Below, piece after piece: positions 26,209 to 41,092 of a stretch of 64,000 nucleotides of DNA (positions within the stretch are counted from its first letter, which is position 1; each line of letters begins with the position of its first letter). The notes under the pieces are model-generated. The model searched no databases. It worked only from the letters and a program-made list of their open reading frames with translations, and was not told the DNA's origin. The position numbers and the translations under genes are program-made. Origin of the DNA: Seison nebaliae (Eukaryota); NCBI GenBank assembly GCA_023231475.1, contig JALJEE010000561.1, positions 1 through 64,000 of the forward strand, read 5' to 3'.

Positions 26209-27290
26209 TAGTGCTGTTCACACGAACACGAACAAAAATGGACTGTTCTCGAATATAATTGTGATGTCTGGTTATTGAAAATCAGTTGGACGAGAACGAA
26301 ATACATTGTTCTTATGAATACCGCTCGAACGAATTTTCTCATTTCGTTCGCGAACGCTTTCTATAAAAATTTTATAAAAATTTCCCAGACAAAATAAAAA
26401 ATGAATCAAATGACATGTATACAGTGAGAATTTAGGCAGTTATGAAAAAATTCTTATTTTCAAGATGAATGAAGAAAAATTTTAGTCCTAGAAAAATTTC
26501 AACGCTAGCGACTTGTTAGCGTGAAGAAATGTTAAATTGGATAAGTTCTCATCTGTGAGACAATTTCTTTTCGGGATGTAAATATCCCCACCGATGAGAA
26601 CATTTGTTCCGACTTTAAAAAATTTGTGGAGATGCAATTAATTTCCTTAGCAATTTTATAAAGAATGGGCAAAGTTTTTTGGTTTCTTAACCAATATTCT
26701 TCGAAACCTTCATGCTTCAAACGCTTACATTCGATGGAATACCTAGCCATATCATCCGATAAATCCTGATTCTCTTCAACCTTTTCTTGTATTGCGTTGA
26801 ATTTTATTTGGCCCGTATCGGTATATTCCAATTCTTCGTCATCGTCATCGGGAATAAACTATTGTTTCAATTTTGAAAGATTCGCAAACGTTACTCAATA
26901 TTGACGCCAGTTTATCTCCGACCAAATTCTTGTTCATTTTTTTCAATTCCCGTGGTCCGAACAAAGGATTAACGTATGCTGCGGCGATTAGGAATTTATT
27001 TTCCAAATAACAATCGAGCCGAAATAATTATTTATTCCAACGAATCGTTGGAATGATATACGAATTTGAATTGTGGAAATTTATTAGAAAGTAGACAAGT
27101 GGAGTAGTTGATGGATAGTAAGAATTGAATATTCATAGACACAATCGTCAATTGAGCACTACCAGATGAGAGTAACATGTCGTCGAATTAACGATGTTTG
27201 TTTTAATTCAGCAAATTGATGGCGGAAATTTTCCTTTTACAAATGTTCGTCTGTACCAACTGAAAAGACGATTCGTCGGACCTTAATCGA
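26209..27290 (-). mobile_element. Decayed hAT DNA transposon (3' part of transposase plus terminus)
   Basis: Minus-strand EEYWLRNQKTLPILYKIAKEINCISTNFLKSEQMFSSVG matches the hAT C-terminal dimerisation motif (W...P.L..A......S..SE..FS..G). Upstream frameshifted pieces LIAAAYVNPLF (~A.FLDPRF) and LIRRHVTLIW (~V.TRW). The terminus starts TAGTGCTG at 26209. The 5' limit is uncertain. Confidence 0.75.
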
Positions 27291-30200
27291 CTTAATTATT
27301 ATGATTCTGTTATTGTGTAGAATGGAATGATGATTGAGAGTTAGGACATTTCACTCTCTGACGAGAAAGCCGATAATGTTTTGAAGTTTTTTTTGGGAGA
27401 AGAATTGTTATAAATAAATTCATTGAATTCGATCAATACGAGCAGAATATAATAAGAGAGATGATAAAGATATGTAACATTGTTGAGGATGTTGATAAAG
27501 AACGATGTTCCGGAGTAATAATTGTTACTCTTCCATATATGTGCACATGATATATGCATTTGTACCTTCTTCTTTCCTACACGTTTGAAAGAATTTGTTT
27601 GAAAAGATGTATTGAAATCGAAGACAGAAACATACAATAAAAATAGATAGAATATTCAATAAACTTCTACATAGGAATCTAATATTTACATTCATCCCAA
27701 TACATGATCATATTTCATGCAGATATGAAAATCGTCTAAATATATTACATAAATTTTTCTATAGATCTCACTCGCTAACTAAATACGTCGTACGTATGTC
27801 AATCTTCAAAACATTTTCTCGATACCTTCATCAATGCACATGTGTGCGACATCTCGCTCCCTAATTCACGGGTGTTAGCAAGTATTACTTTTTTTTTTGA
27901 AACGAAAAAAAAACAGAAGAGAATTCATTCCGAATCGTCTCTAGTTAACAGGCAATTTGCTCATTTGCGTAGAATTAATAATAAAATCTCGTTTTCCAAT
28001 AGTCTTCTTACCATTGAAATTTCCACTATTTTTATTATTATTATTCCTATTTACCGAACGTAAAAAATGAGTGGAATCGAAAACATTTATTCGAACTAGC
28101 AAACATCGGCCACACAAAATCCCAACTCTACTACAAGTGAAGTAAAGAAAGTCTCAATGGGAAATATGGAAGAATCGGGAAGAAATTCACCTTTAGAGGT
28201 AGAGGATGGCAAATTAAAATTTTCCCTCAAAAATTCCTTTTCGAGTAATTTACTCGGAGTAAATTGGGAAGGAAAGGAGGGAGAGGCGGTTTTAAATGAA
28301 TGAAAAGAAGGAGTTAATACTGAAGGGACATGTGAGAATGAGGAAAGGATCTAATTAATATTGTATAAATTAGGGACAATAATTTATGTATCTTCCCCGA
28401 TGATGAAAGGAGGGGAAGCATCAGGATCAAAATAATAATGGATGAATATTGATCATTGTTGAATATCATTTACATCAAGTTGCTCTCTCATTCCTCTTGC
28501 GTCTTTCTCCTTCATCTCATCTGTCGCCAATATTTCCTTTCGAGTCATAAGTCATCGATTTCTTAAATTGGAAGTTTCGTTTTGATGCTCATCTAAAAGA
28601 AACAATAATGTACTCCATTTATCGCATAAAAAGGAATGGAATGACAGTTCGGAAATGAACGTGAATAATTATTATTGTACGGAAGAAATAGGAAAAGTAA
28701 TTACTTCTTCTTTTTTTTGATATGATGTAAAATGCGACTAACTACAACGAAGATGTTGACTCTGCATTACATTCTGCTCATCAACCTCGTATTTAACTAA
28801 TGTTAACATATCAACATTTTATTTCTTTCATGATTAACACATCATCATCATCATCCACTAATGCATAGATGTGTCTCTAGAAATTAATGTCGGAGTGAGT
28901 CTATGACGACATTGAAACAAACGGAATGAACACGATTATTATTTGATCGGCAACAAAATTTTATTTATGACATCGAATTCTTCTTTCTTCAATTTAGGTC
29001 ACTAATCAATGAGTCCATTACTCATTCGTCCATCCAAATTCTTTTAATAATTTCTCCCATACCTTTTCTCCAATTAGATACCACCATCAACAACAACACC
29101 ACCACCATCATCATCATTTCTAACGAATTCTTCTTTAACACATTCTCGTCATTCCCAACAAGTTAATTCGCAGACTACAAATCGTAGTTTTCATCCAAAC
29201 ATGCACGTATTCTTCCCATATCAAATTCTCGCTGACGACATATCAGCTTCATCTTTTCTTTCATCCGATATCTTCCTCTCATTAATGTTCTGTGACTATC
29301 TATTCATGTTTTAATGGAATCCGTGAAATATTTTAAATGGATTTCATTTGAAAGAAGATTGGAAGAATGGTCGTTCGAATTTCCAAAAGATAACTCACAT
29401 CATCATATCAAGCAGAAATGAGCGATCGATTAGAGAAACGACCATAGTCGAGATATCATTTATAATAAAATTGGATAATTTTATGAGAAATTCACCATCC
29501 ACCACATCGATCAATTGAGCACAGATAGATTTGGTTCATTCAGTTCTCATTTCTATCCAGAATTTATACCATATACCTACCTGTCTCTTACAATACGTTA
29601 GTAACCAAATTAGAATATTCGATTTTCCCGATTTGAATTGGGTGGAGTTGAAGAATGGTTTTCCACCATGATTTATCTCCTGTCATATGATTTTTATGTA
29701 CTTCAATTACTAATCGTTGGGAATTGACGAATTACCTGTATTTCATCATTTTATTCATTGCTGTCGTTCCGCTGCTGTTCTTATTAGGAGACGTAGTAGC
29801 AGTTCGTTGTAATAGTGGCCGTTTTAGTAGCGGTGTCACAATTTCTAATGAATTAGTCACCCGTCAATCAAATAGAAAGAACACATCGTTTCCAGTTAAC
29901 TCATTGTAATAAATATTCAAAAATTTCATGCATTTCTCCTTTCTGTTCAAACAGATTGATATTCAATGGAAGTCGATGTGTAAATGAGATTTTATTCTTC
30001 ATCTCCCTTCAAAGAACTGGGAAAGATAGAAAACATCATTCTGAGTCAACTCATTCATTTTCTCCATTCGAACCCGCCTAATAATTCACTTCCTCCTAAT
30101 TCTTTCTTTTCACCTTATTTCATTTCAAACTTCAAATGTTCATTTGTAAAAAGTCTTCGTTTGTAAAAAATGTTTCGTTTGGAAATTGAATTATTTCTAT

Positions 30201-30714
30201 TAATTAGCCAATATAAGTCCTAGTAACAATCGATAAAGTTGCTTTCATGTTCAATTAATTAGTTAGGAGAATACCTCCAAAGAAATTAATCAGAGGAAAT
30301 AATTCGATTGATTCCTCTCATTTCTGAAAAAAAAACGAATATTCTACCTTCTTTTTTTTCCGATAAGGCAAATGCCAATTTGGTGTCAACGAATTGCTTC
30401 AGTTTTATTTCATTCAACTCTAAAATGAAATTCCTGTCGATTCTCCAGTGTTACCTTCCTCTTCTAAAGATAATGCGAACATAAAGTTGAGCGAAGAGTG
30501 AAATTGAGAAAAAAAAGAGAGAAATTATAATAACAATTTAGAATCATCTGTCAATTGAACAAAATAGAGAAAGTTGACTGAATAACAAAATCATGAAACT
30601 AACTAGAATATAACTCTTGCACGAAAAAAATTTACATTTTTTAAAGATTATTCCTTCTAGAATCTAGATGTTATCCTTCCAACATCGCACTAATATTTAG
30701 TGTATGGCGAACAA

Positions 30715-33700
30715 ATGTTTCGCTCATTCCAATCGTCAATTTCGAGTCTGTTGACTGGTAGCACATCGCCAGTAGTGAGTGAGGGAGAATCTACTAAAAA
30801 GAAATATCGACAAGACACGAGACAATATCGTCATCTTTCTACTTCAGTGAATGTTCTCGATGAAATTAATAAGGAATTCCTCCATCGTCAGGAGATGACG
30901 GAGGAAGATATCAGAAATATGGATTCCAATCCTCCAAAACTCATCGATAAACATAGTTCGTTGAACGACTGCAGTTCTGATATGGTGAGAAAAAATAGTC
31001 ATCGATCGAATCAGCAACAAATTTGTGACAAACTGGATGTTGTTCCTTCTTCCGGTTCAACAATGAAAACAGGAACGACATCGTCTCTCTTACCGTCAGA
31101 TGTCAACATTGTTAATTATGCTAATAGTGATTATGGTACAATCTCATTATCGTCATCATCAGCCATCACAAACCATACAGATAAGATGGTTGAAGGAAGA
31201 GATCGAGCTAATAGTCATCATCAGAATAATAACGATGAGAATGATGATAGGAAAATTGATAATAATTTAATAAATCAATTTAATACGGAACGACAAGATA
31301 TTGAGCAACCAGAAAACGAACGATCCTTCAATGAACTTAAACAACATGCTGATAATATATCGGACGAATTATTCATTATCGAACAACAAACACAGTATGA
31401 AATGAAAAGTTTCGACATAGAAAATATGTCGGAAATTCGTCACAGTTTCATCGACATTGCACAAAATGACGAGACAAGTGAAACTCAAGAAAAACAATCA
31501 ACGTCAATTATTACTAAAGTTCTTTTTTTATTTCTATTCATTTCGTCTTTTCCCTCAATATCTCTTACGCTCCAACCTAAATTTTTTGTTGATAACTTTC
31601 TATTTTTACTCATAATAATCGTCATTCGAATAAACAACATCATTCACAATGATGCACAATGGAACTTGTATGTCATAAGATTCCTTTCAATTATTCTTAT
31701 CTTCTTTCTTTCCCGTACGATCAAACTAATTATCATAAAAACAGTTGTTGTTATCGAGAAGATGTTTATGAGGAATAGATTTACTATTTTTTTTATCCAC
31801 AAACCAATTTGTTTGTTTGTTGAGAAGTCGGTCGTATTTTTGATAAAGTCACGACAATTATATTCCCAAAATGCTGGAATTGTAGCGTGCACATACAATT
31901 GGAAGATATATATTATTTATAACTGTTTATAATTTATCACTGGTGATGATGACGATGAGGATGACACTTACTCGTTTTGTATCTCTGACATGCAATATCG
32001 TTGTCGTAAGGAAAAAACGAGATAATTAATGGTGAAATTCGAATAAAAAACATCGATGAAACTTTCCGTCGAGAATTTCGTTGATTGTTACAGGGAATTA
32101 TTGACGGAATTAATGATAAATTGTTATTTGATTACAGAACAAGCCTATGAGTTGCTCCAATTAAGTTTAACCGCTGAATTTTTTTTTGAAGAAGATAAAT
32201 ATGGGCTGTTGCGAGAAGGAAAAGTCGTCGCATTATCTATCAATTTCTCCCGTTCATTCGCCTTAGAGAGCGAAAGTTAGATGAATAATCAATTATTATT
32301 CAACAAAATGCCTCAGCAAAGAATTCGAATGAGAGTAGAGGAAGGACATTATTCCCTGCCTATTCCTCATTTATCGATTTTCTTTTTTTTATTTTTCATT
32401 CTGAGAAGATTTTTCACTGCGAAAATGTAATTTTTCTATGTCGCTAAATCGAATAATTCCGATTTGGCATCTTATTACTATACACATTATTCCTCAATAT
32501 GACCATGATTTTTATTAATATGCCATTATGTTGGGAAAGTGATTCCTTGTATTATCTTTCCATTAATCCATTCTTACTCAACCATATCCAACAAAAGCAT
32601 CCACTCATCCTCTCTCATCCCGTCCCGTCGGAGAAGGAAGGAAATCTAATATACTTTTTTCTTTATTCAGATTGGAAATCATAATCATTCGACTTCTAAT
32701 TTTCTAATGCACACCATACCATGTATGGCATCGATCGATTCAAACATAATTGTTACCGATTTGGTTAGTTTCAAACTTGTTCAACTCAACAACCATCATC
32801 TTTCCTTGCATAAAGTGTGCGTAGGGAATTTAGTAGAAAGTATAATATAAATTTTTTTAATTTTTATTTCTTCTTATTATTTCATTCATGTCTTCCTGCC
32901 AATAAAACGAAGTTAATGAATTTCCGTGAATCCATTACACTCACAATTATTATAATTCATGTAATTTAAAATTGCTATATCATCATACTTAATTGTTATT
33001 TTGTTTACTAAAAGAAATTACTAATTTTAGATATGTTAGTCGATCAATTTCATGTATATTATCATTTAGAGTGATATAATGGAAAGATTAATAGAATTGG
33101 TGTGAAGATTAGTGCATTTGGGAAGCGAGGAATGACATAACATTATTTTTCCAGTAATAATTACTAATTTTCTGTTTTCTGATTTTCGCTAATAATTATA
33201 TTTCTCCATAATCTTTCTTCATGCTGTTATTGTTATTATTCATCTGATGTTAAGTAGAATGAGTCGATTTGTGGAATGGAAGACGAGTAAGGAAAATAAA
33301 TATAAATAATTTTTATAACATAAATGCATTTCCAGTTGACATGCGAATTAATTTACTAAAGAATTGTATAGATTCGGCGATATTCGGATGAAAAGAAAAG
33401 GAGGAACGAATATCATCCATATATACGTTCGATTTGAATAGAAAAAAATAAAAGAAGGAGAATTGGATGAGAGAAAGAATGATAAACATTCGAGAAATAA
33501 TATGGAATGGAGGAGCATATACGTATATATATATATAATCAGAGTTTGCTTGCATTTCTTGCATATTTATTCTCTTTGACAATTTTGTTCTTTTATTATT
33601 AGTCGTTATCGCCGATTATTTATTTCTTCCTTTCATAATTCCTTTATGAAACTATCGAGAATGTCATATATAATTGTTTTTCTTTCACATTACGTCTTCT

Positions 33701-36700
33701 CCATTAAATTTCCAGCGAATAGACAAATCTGGGAGAAAAGAGAAGCAATTCCCATGTCTTTCCGCTCATTTTTCTTCCAACCATTGTTTGGTGAAGTATC
33801 ATCGTTTGACGATATCAAATGAAAAAATTGGTTAATGTTAGTTAATAAAATGAAAATAATTCTCTTCTCGAATTAATTACTGGAATGATCGTGTCGAATG
33901 AGGATGAAGATTTCCTTAATAAGGTTAAGTAGTTGGAGAAGAGATGATTGGGATAAGTTAAATATTTTCCTTAAACAAACAATCACACAGTCCGATTTTG
34001 GATAAGAAGAACGGATTTGCTTAACTTTGTAAGTAGAACTGTGCACAGTATGAGTGATTATTTAAACTACAGTTTCTAAGAAATGTTTGGGCAGAATAGA
34101 GAAATACGGGTCCTTAGTAATAGGTTTCGAGGGAAATTATGAAAATGTAGAGATAAGTTTCTTTTAGTGCCTCCATTATTTCCCCATCGAGAATTTTACG
34201 TCATTCGTTCAATTTCTTTATTTACTAAGAAATTTATGTATGGATGACACAACAAACAAATATATAATAATTATGAATGTAATGCATAGATGAGATGAGG
34301 TATGGCAGTCGGATGTTGATATGTGCGCCCCAATACTAATATTGTGCACGATATATGCACACCTGTAGGTGTCAGTGCTAATATTGAGATTCGAATGAGA
34401 AACGAAGCAGGAAGAATGAATGATCTGTCTTATTATTTGATGACAGATTTATTCCTATTTTATTTTCATTATTAATCGTCGAATAATAAGAAAGATTATT
34501 AAGAAGCATATCGTCATATCAAATGATTACATTCCAAATAGAAATTGGAAATGTTTCCTTCCAATCCGTCATTCCACACACAAACACACAAACACACACA
34601 CTCTCACACACATACACACACACACACATTGAAATGTGACGGAGAACTCACACGATTGATATTTATTAGAAAGATGTTTATTATAAATAAATTTATTGTT
34701 CAATAACGTAATAATGAAATATGTAGATAAGAATATGTGCAGAAGAACACGAACAGAAAGCCAAGAGTAAGTAACTCCATTTCAACAAACGATTAAGATA
34801 TAAAGAGATATTGTTCTTATTATTATTATTGTCTAATATTATGTAAATAATTATTTTTATGCACTTTCGATACTTCTCTATCGACTTGCGCTCGATGACT
34901 GTGTATCTAACATCTCCTATTGTCTCTTTCATAACTATGACAATAAAGAAATAAAAGTTGAAATACATTTCCAGTGAGAGAATGACAGAAACCTTTCCAT
35001 CCATCAAAGACACACGACTAGTCAATTTGTTACTCATTTATGGGTTGGTCGTAGAAACTTCGGAAGAAACTTCTTCAAGTCCTTTGTAAGATATAAAAAA
35101 TAAATTTACGTGTAAATCTCTTATCGTACAGATTAGAAAGGGAAACAATACTCTCGAAAAATTCTCGTCTCCAATTCGTCTTCGACATGAAAACTATAAA
35201 GTTTATATTGGAGAATATTTAGACTATAAATGTACATAATAGATATAGAGAATATGAATATGGATAAGTATTGAAGAATAATTAAATCATGCATTCTCTT
35301 ATGGGTAATTAATTGAAAGAAATGAAAATGTCAAAATGTTAATTGGAAGAACTTTCGATTTTCAACTGCCACATCGACTGGTGGTCGGGGAACGTCATAG
35401 GAATATTATTAATCTACCGAATTGTTCAACGGAAATTTCATTATCTCATTTCATATTTTTCATTTAATATATCTTCGCCTTTCGTTTTCACAGGATTCCT
35501 TTAAGGTATTATATATATTATATAAACGAAGTTTATTTATAAATTATAATTATTTTGAGAAATTGAAAGAATTATAAAAAAAATTAAAGGAATTTAAACG
35601 AAATTATAAAATTTCCTTTTATTTTCTCAATTTATAGACATTGGATAATATCGATAGTGATCGTAAATTGAATAGTGATGTTGTATCGATCGCGTCAACG
35701 AAATTGATTGACGAGAATAATTTGAGGAATAATCTGTCTAGTTCGTATAATTGTTTCTTTGAATATTGGATGAATGTTTCGTTTTGTCAAACAGATGATG
35801 GTTTAATTGAGACATCGTCGAGTAACAAATCGAATTATTCGGAACAAGAGAATACGAGTGAAGATATGTCGATCGATCCTTTGCAATTCAATGCGTTAGT
35901 CGACACTAATGAAGCATTACGTACCGAGTTGAAACGATTAGCGCCACTTGAGGTCGATTATCAGAAATTGGAAGTTGAATATAAGAAATGTATATTGAAG
36001 TCGGAGGAATTGCAACAAGAAGTCGATAACGAACGAGGAACTACGAAGATTCTCGAGCAGCAACTGAAGGAGTTGGAGAGAACGTGCGATAATTTGAAGG
36101 AAATCACGACGACAGCTACGTCGGATGACGAGAAATTGAACATTATCCAAAACGAATTACGTCGAGCGCAACATGAGAATGATCAATTACGGACAGTAGC
36201 GAACGATTTCGCCAAAGAGAATGAGATGTTGGAGCAACAATTGACAGTCAATCGACAAATGATTGAAAGTTTAGAAGACGAATTGAAGAATGTCAAGAGT
36301 GATGTCGATCAGGAGAAGAAGAAGAAAATAGAGGAGAAGGAACATCTTCATCAATCCACTTCCTCCACCTCACTCATTCAGACGAATGAAAAGGAGATGA
36401 ATGAACGAATATCGATGTATGAGGAGGAGAATATTCGTATGCAAAAAGACTACGGTGACAAATTCCATGAAATGACGAGAGAGATGAATGAATTGAAACA
36501 ACAGAATGACCACTTCCATCAAACAACTATTGAGTTAAATGATGAGAAATCGAAACATAATTCTCAAATGGAAGACTTGAAAAGGAATCATGAGAATCGT
36601 TTAATGGAAATTGAGAATGATCATAAAGAGAAATTAGATAATTTACAAAGAATAAACGATTCGATTATCAATGAATTGAATGAGCAATTGACAGATAATC

Positions 36701-39485
36701 GGAAAGAGATTCAACATATCGATCAAGAGTCGAAGAGGAGAATTGAAAATTATGAAATTCAATTCAAACAATTAAATGAGGAGATGAGAAGATTGGTGGA
36801 AGAACGTGATGAATTGAGATATCATATCGAACAAAATCAATGTAAAACGGAAGTGAATGAAGATCTCATTCAACGATATTCCACCATCCAGAATGAAGTG
36901 GAAACGACGCAACAAACGTGCAATTTGGAACGAGAAGAGAAAGAAGAATGTCAAAAATTATTGAAAGATCTCAACAATCAATATGCAACGTTGACGGAGA
37001 AGAATGAGGAACTGATTGACGAATTGAATGAATCGGAGAAGAGGAATGAGATTCTAAAAAAAGAAATATTGGAAGAAGAAAAAAAAATCGATGAAATGAG
37101 AAGAGAATTCGATGAACGAACGAAATTGCAGGAAGAAGAAAGATCGACAATCCATCAGCAAATGAATATTTATTGTCAGAACTTTGAAGAATTACAAGAG
37201 AAATATGACGAGATGGAATCGCATCAAAAACAAATCGATCGACAACATCAGAATGAAATTGAGACGTGTATGATGGAATTGCAAAGTTTGAGAAGTCAAA
37301 ATGAAATTCTGTCGAACGATAAATGTTCGTTGCAACAACGTGTGAGTTGTTTGTCGACGGACGGCGAAGAATTGAGAGAACAACAAAAATATAACGATGG
37401 TTTAGAAGAGGAATTGAGAAAGGAGGAAGAAAAAGTGACTGATCTAATTGAATTGTTTAAGAAGAAGGAAGATGAATTGGAGAAAGAGTTCAATGGACAA
37501 CGAGAATGTTTGATGAAAGAGAATGAGATGGTCGTAATGGAACACAATCAGAAATATGATGAATTACAAGAACAATTATTTATGGAGAAACAGACGTTCC
37601 AACTTCAAATTCAAGAAGCAAAAAATGAAATTAAAATGATGATGGACGAAAAAAATGATTATCAAATGGAAGTACAATCGATGAAGAAAGTGTGTAATGA
37701 TCAGGAGATGAGATTGGAAGATCTGATGGAGAAGAACGAAGCTCTACTCTCAGGAAATGAGGATTTGGAATGTCAAGTAAAAGAATTACATTCCACCATC
37801 CACCAATTAGATAATCAACTATTAATCAAGAACAACACCAAGAACGAGGAGAAGGAGAAAGAAGATGAAAAAGAATTATTTGATGTATCGATGCAAACTG
37901 ATGAGATGTTGTCAATTCATGACGATCATCAAACGATGTTAAATGGAGAAGATAATGAATATGATGAGGATGAAGAGGAGGAGAAGAAAGAGAAGTGTGA
38001 CGTGGGAATTCTAACAAATATTTATGGAAATTCCGATTACTTGTCGGATGAGGATAGTACTGAACTCATTGAACTACGCTCGAACAATGCCACGTTGACG
38101 AGAGAGTTGAGACAACTAATTGCCGAATATCAAGAACTGCAGAATCAGTATGATACCATACGATTATCATTGGAGACAAGCGAACAAGAACGAACATTAT
38201 TAGCAGAGAAGTTGGAAGATCTACCAGACATTGCTGAACTGCAACAGGAAGTTAGTGAGAATAATCGAATTATCTTAACTAAATTATCTGGTAACTTTTC
38301 CTATTCCCTTTTGAGGGAATTGTCGAACTAGAAAAGAAATTTTGTTTTCGTAGGAAAATGTCGAGGGAAAAAAAGATTACTGTCATTCGAACTAACAATA
38401 TCCTTCTTTCCTTTTCTCTTATTTGTACTCATCGGAGTATCCTAATCGATTTCCTCTTTCAACATTTTGTCTAGTTACACAAATATCAAAAGAAATGCGA
38501 TGAACAAGAATCGGAAATTAAGGAACAAAGAAATCAAATGAATATATTAGAGAGTCAGATCAATGTGCTGGAAGAGAGTCAATTAACTAGTTTCAATGAG
38601 AAGAAATTGGAAGATGAATCGTTCAAATGTGAAATGGAGAAGTTAAAGAAGGAGCTAATGGAATTAAGAGAAGAAAAGGATGAATTGGAATATAATCAGT
38701 CGCTATTGAAAACACAATTAATTAATTCAGAAGATAATTCGAAGAATTTGCAGAAACAATTCGAGGAACAAGAAATCAACTCGAAACGAAACATGCCAAC
38801 CATCAACAATACACCTGTTAGTGTCTCTTCTGATTATCGGGAATGGTTGAAATTAAATGTTTTTTAGAATCTCAATAATGATTTGGAAGTAATTCGATCG
38901 ACTATCAAAAGCTTGGAGAATAATTTATTGGGAAATTTAAAAGACAAATGCTCATATCAAATGATCGATCAATCAGCATTAGTATCGACGTTGCAGCAGG
39001 TCGAGAACCGTTTACATTACATCGAACAATCACAACAAAATCAGGAAGTCGTTCTAAATCAGACGGCGAAGATCGCGACAGAACAAATGGAAATCTTATC
39101 TCGGAATCGAAGTCCATCCATTTTGAAGGAGACGAAGGGAATGAATACTTCCGATTCGTTTATGTCTCTCAAGAATCCGTTTGAGGCACCTCGCAGTCAT
39201 AGTCATATGAATGTGAACAATAATTTTTTGAATAGTGATCTCCAAAAATGGAATTATGACGAGAAAGAAGATACGATTAAACTCAAACATTTCCTTTCAA
39301 TGTCATCCTTACATCCATTAAATGATCTTCAATCGATTTTGAAGGATCGACAAGAATTGGAGAATTTCCTCCTTACCAAATGTCAACAACAACATCTGGT
39401 GACATCGCCACTTAATAACACCAATAATAGTTGTAGTAGTAGTAGTGGTGGTAGTATGGGTGGTGGGAGTTCGAATAAAAAGATA

Positions 39486-39553
<68 letters not shown>

Positions 39554-41055
39554 TATTATTAATTTTCCGATAGGAATGACAAGATCGACCGCCATCACTC
39601 CAATAACTACCACAACATTGACTGATCATGCAAATGAAGAAAATTATTATTATTCTCAAAAAATATCAAACCAACAACAACAATTACAGAAACAGCAACA
39701 ACAACAACAACAACAGCAACAACAGCAACAACAACAACAACAATTTCAAATGGAAGATAATCGTGGTGTACATGATACGAAGATTTGTAATAAATTAGAG
39801 AAGATCGAATCTGAATTGCTGTGTTTGAAGGAGTCGATGACGAATGAGAAGAACAATGAGATGGCTCGAATGACGAGTCGATCGACTGAAAGAAGAACTC
39901 GTGGTGTCCAAACACCTATTAGCCATATGATGACGGATGAAATCGAAGACACTGAGAAGAAAAATAACATGTCTCTCAATGATACGAATGATGCTTCCAC
40001 ATTTACGGACGATATCAATCCAAGTTCTTTCATTCACTATTCCACATCCAATTCGATGTCAGGACATACTGGAACGATAACATCGACAACGAATATGGAG
40101 CAAATGATGGCGAAATCGAACGAAAACGAGAAGAATATGGAACGTAGTCAAGTGAATTCAATTAGTGGAACGACGAATCGTCATGAGGAACATAATGGGG
40201 ATATGGAACGATTGAATGAATCACGAATGAAACTGAAACATCAGATCTCGAATTTAGGCGACTTAAAATTGGAGACGAGAGCAGAAATAACTGCGTTGGA
40301 AGATAAGATAAGAAATTACAAACAGGAAATGGATCGATATCATTCGACGAAGACGAACAGAAATATTCCATCTTATCACTCACAATATGGTAATAGTCCT
40401 AGGCCGTATAGTTATTCGAAGAATTATGATGTTATCGATGTGCTACAATCGAAATTGAAAGATTTGGAAAGGAAAGTGGAAATGCAGAATATAAAGAATG
40501 AAGAAATTCAATTAGATTTCGAGATACGTAATCGTCGTTCATGTTTCTCATTAAACAATGAATCAACGACACCATTCTATAATCAAACGAATAATTCGAA
40601 TAATCAATTCAATCATCATCTCTTCAATCCATATCATCCAGGCAATAACAACAACAACAACAACAACAGTTCGAATACGAATGAATATAATGAGAATTTT
40701 TTACCATCATATCTGACTGGTATCAATCATCATCCCACTAATAATAGTAGTGGAAATTCTCAAAATTTATTTCGTGCTGCAAGTACACAACCATTTCGTC
40801 AAATAAATGACAATTATCCATCATTACCATTGGATTATTTGCAATTGAATAATAATTTTAATTCGAATTCTAATACGAATTTAACAAATAATATCGATAA
40901 CGAATTGAATGACATTCTCCAATCCAATAATAATTCATTCGATTCTTTCAACAATTCTACAAACTTCTTCAATAACAATCCTTTCTTCAATACGACATTA
41001 TTCAATCGAAATCGAAACAATTATCATTATCCCAATAGTCATTATACAACATCTC

Positions 41056-41092
<37 letters not shown>

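Noticed and set aside
27341..27637. Hydrophobic minus-strand ORF with a hint of GPCR TM7 (SNSMNLFI) in another frame; similar hydrophobic ORF at 31644-31898
   Set aside because: No intact multi-TM frame. T-rich DNA gives F/I/L-rich translations by default.
31519..31932. Apparent multi-TM C-terminus of the 410-aa ORF 30700-31932
   Set aside because: Composition changes abruptly at a GTTCTT donor (31519), so this is best read as run-on into a T-rich intron.
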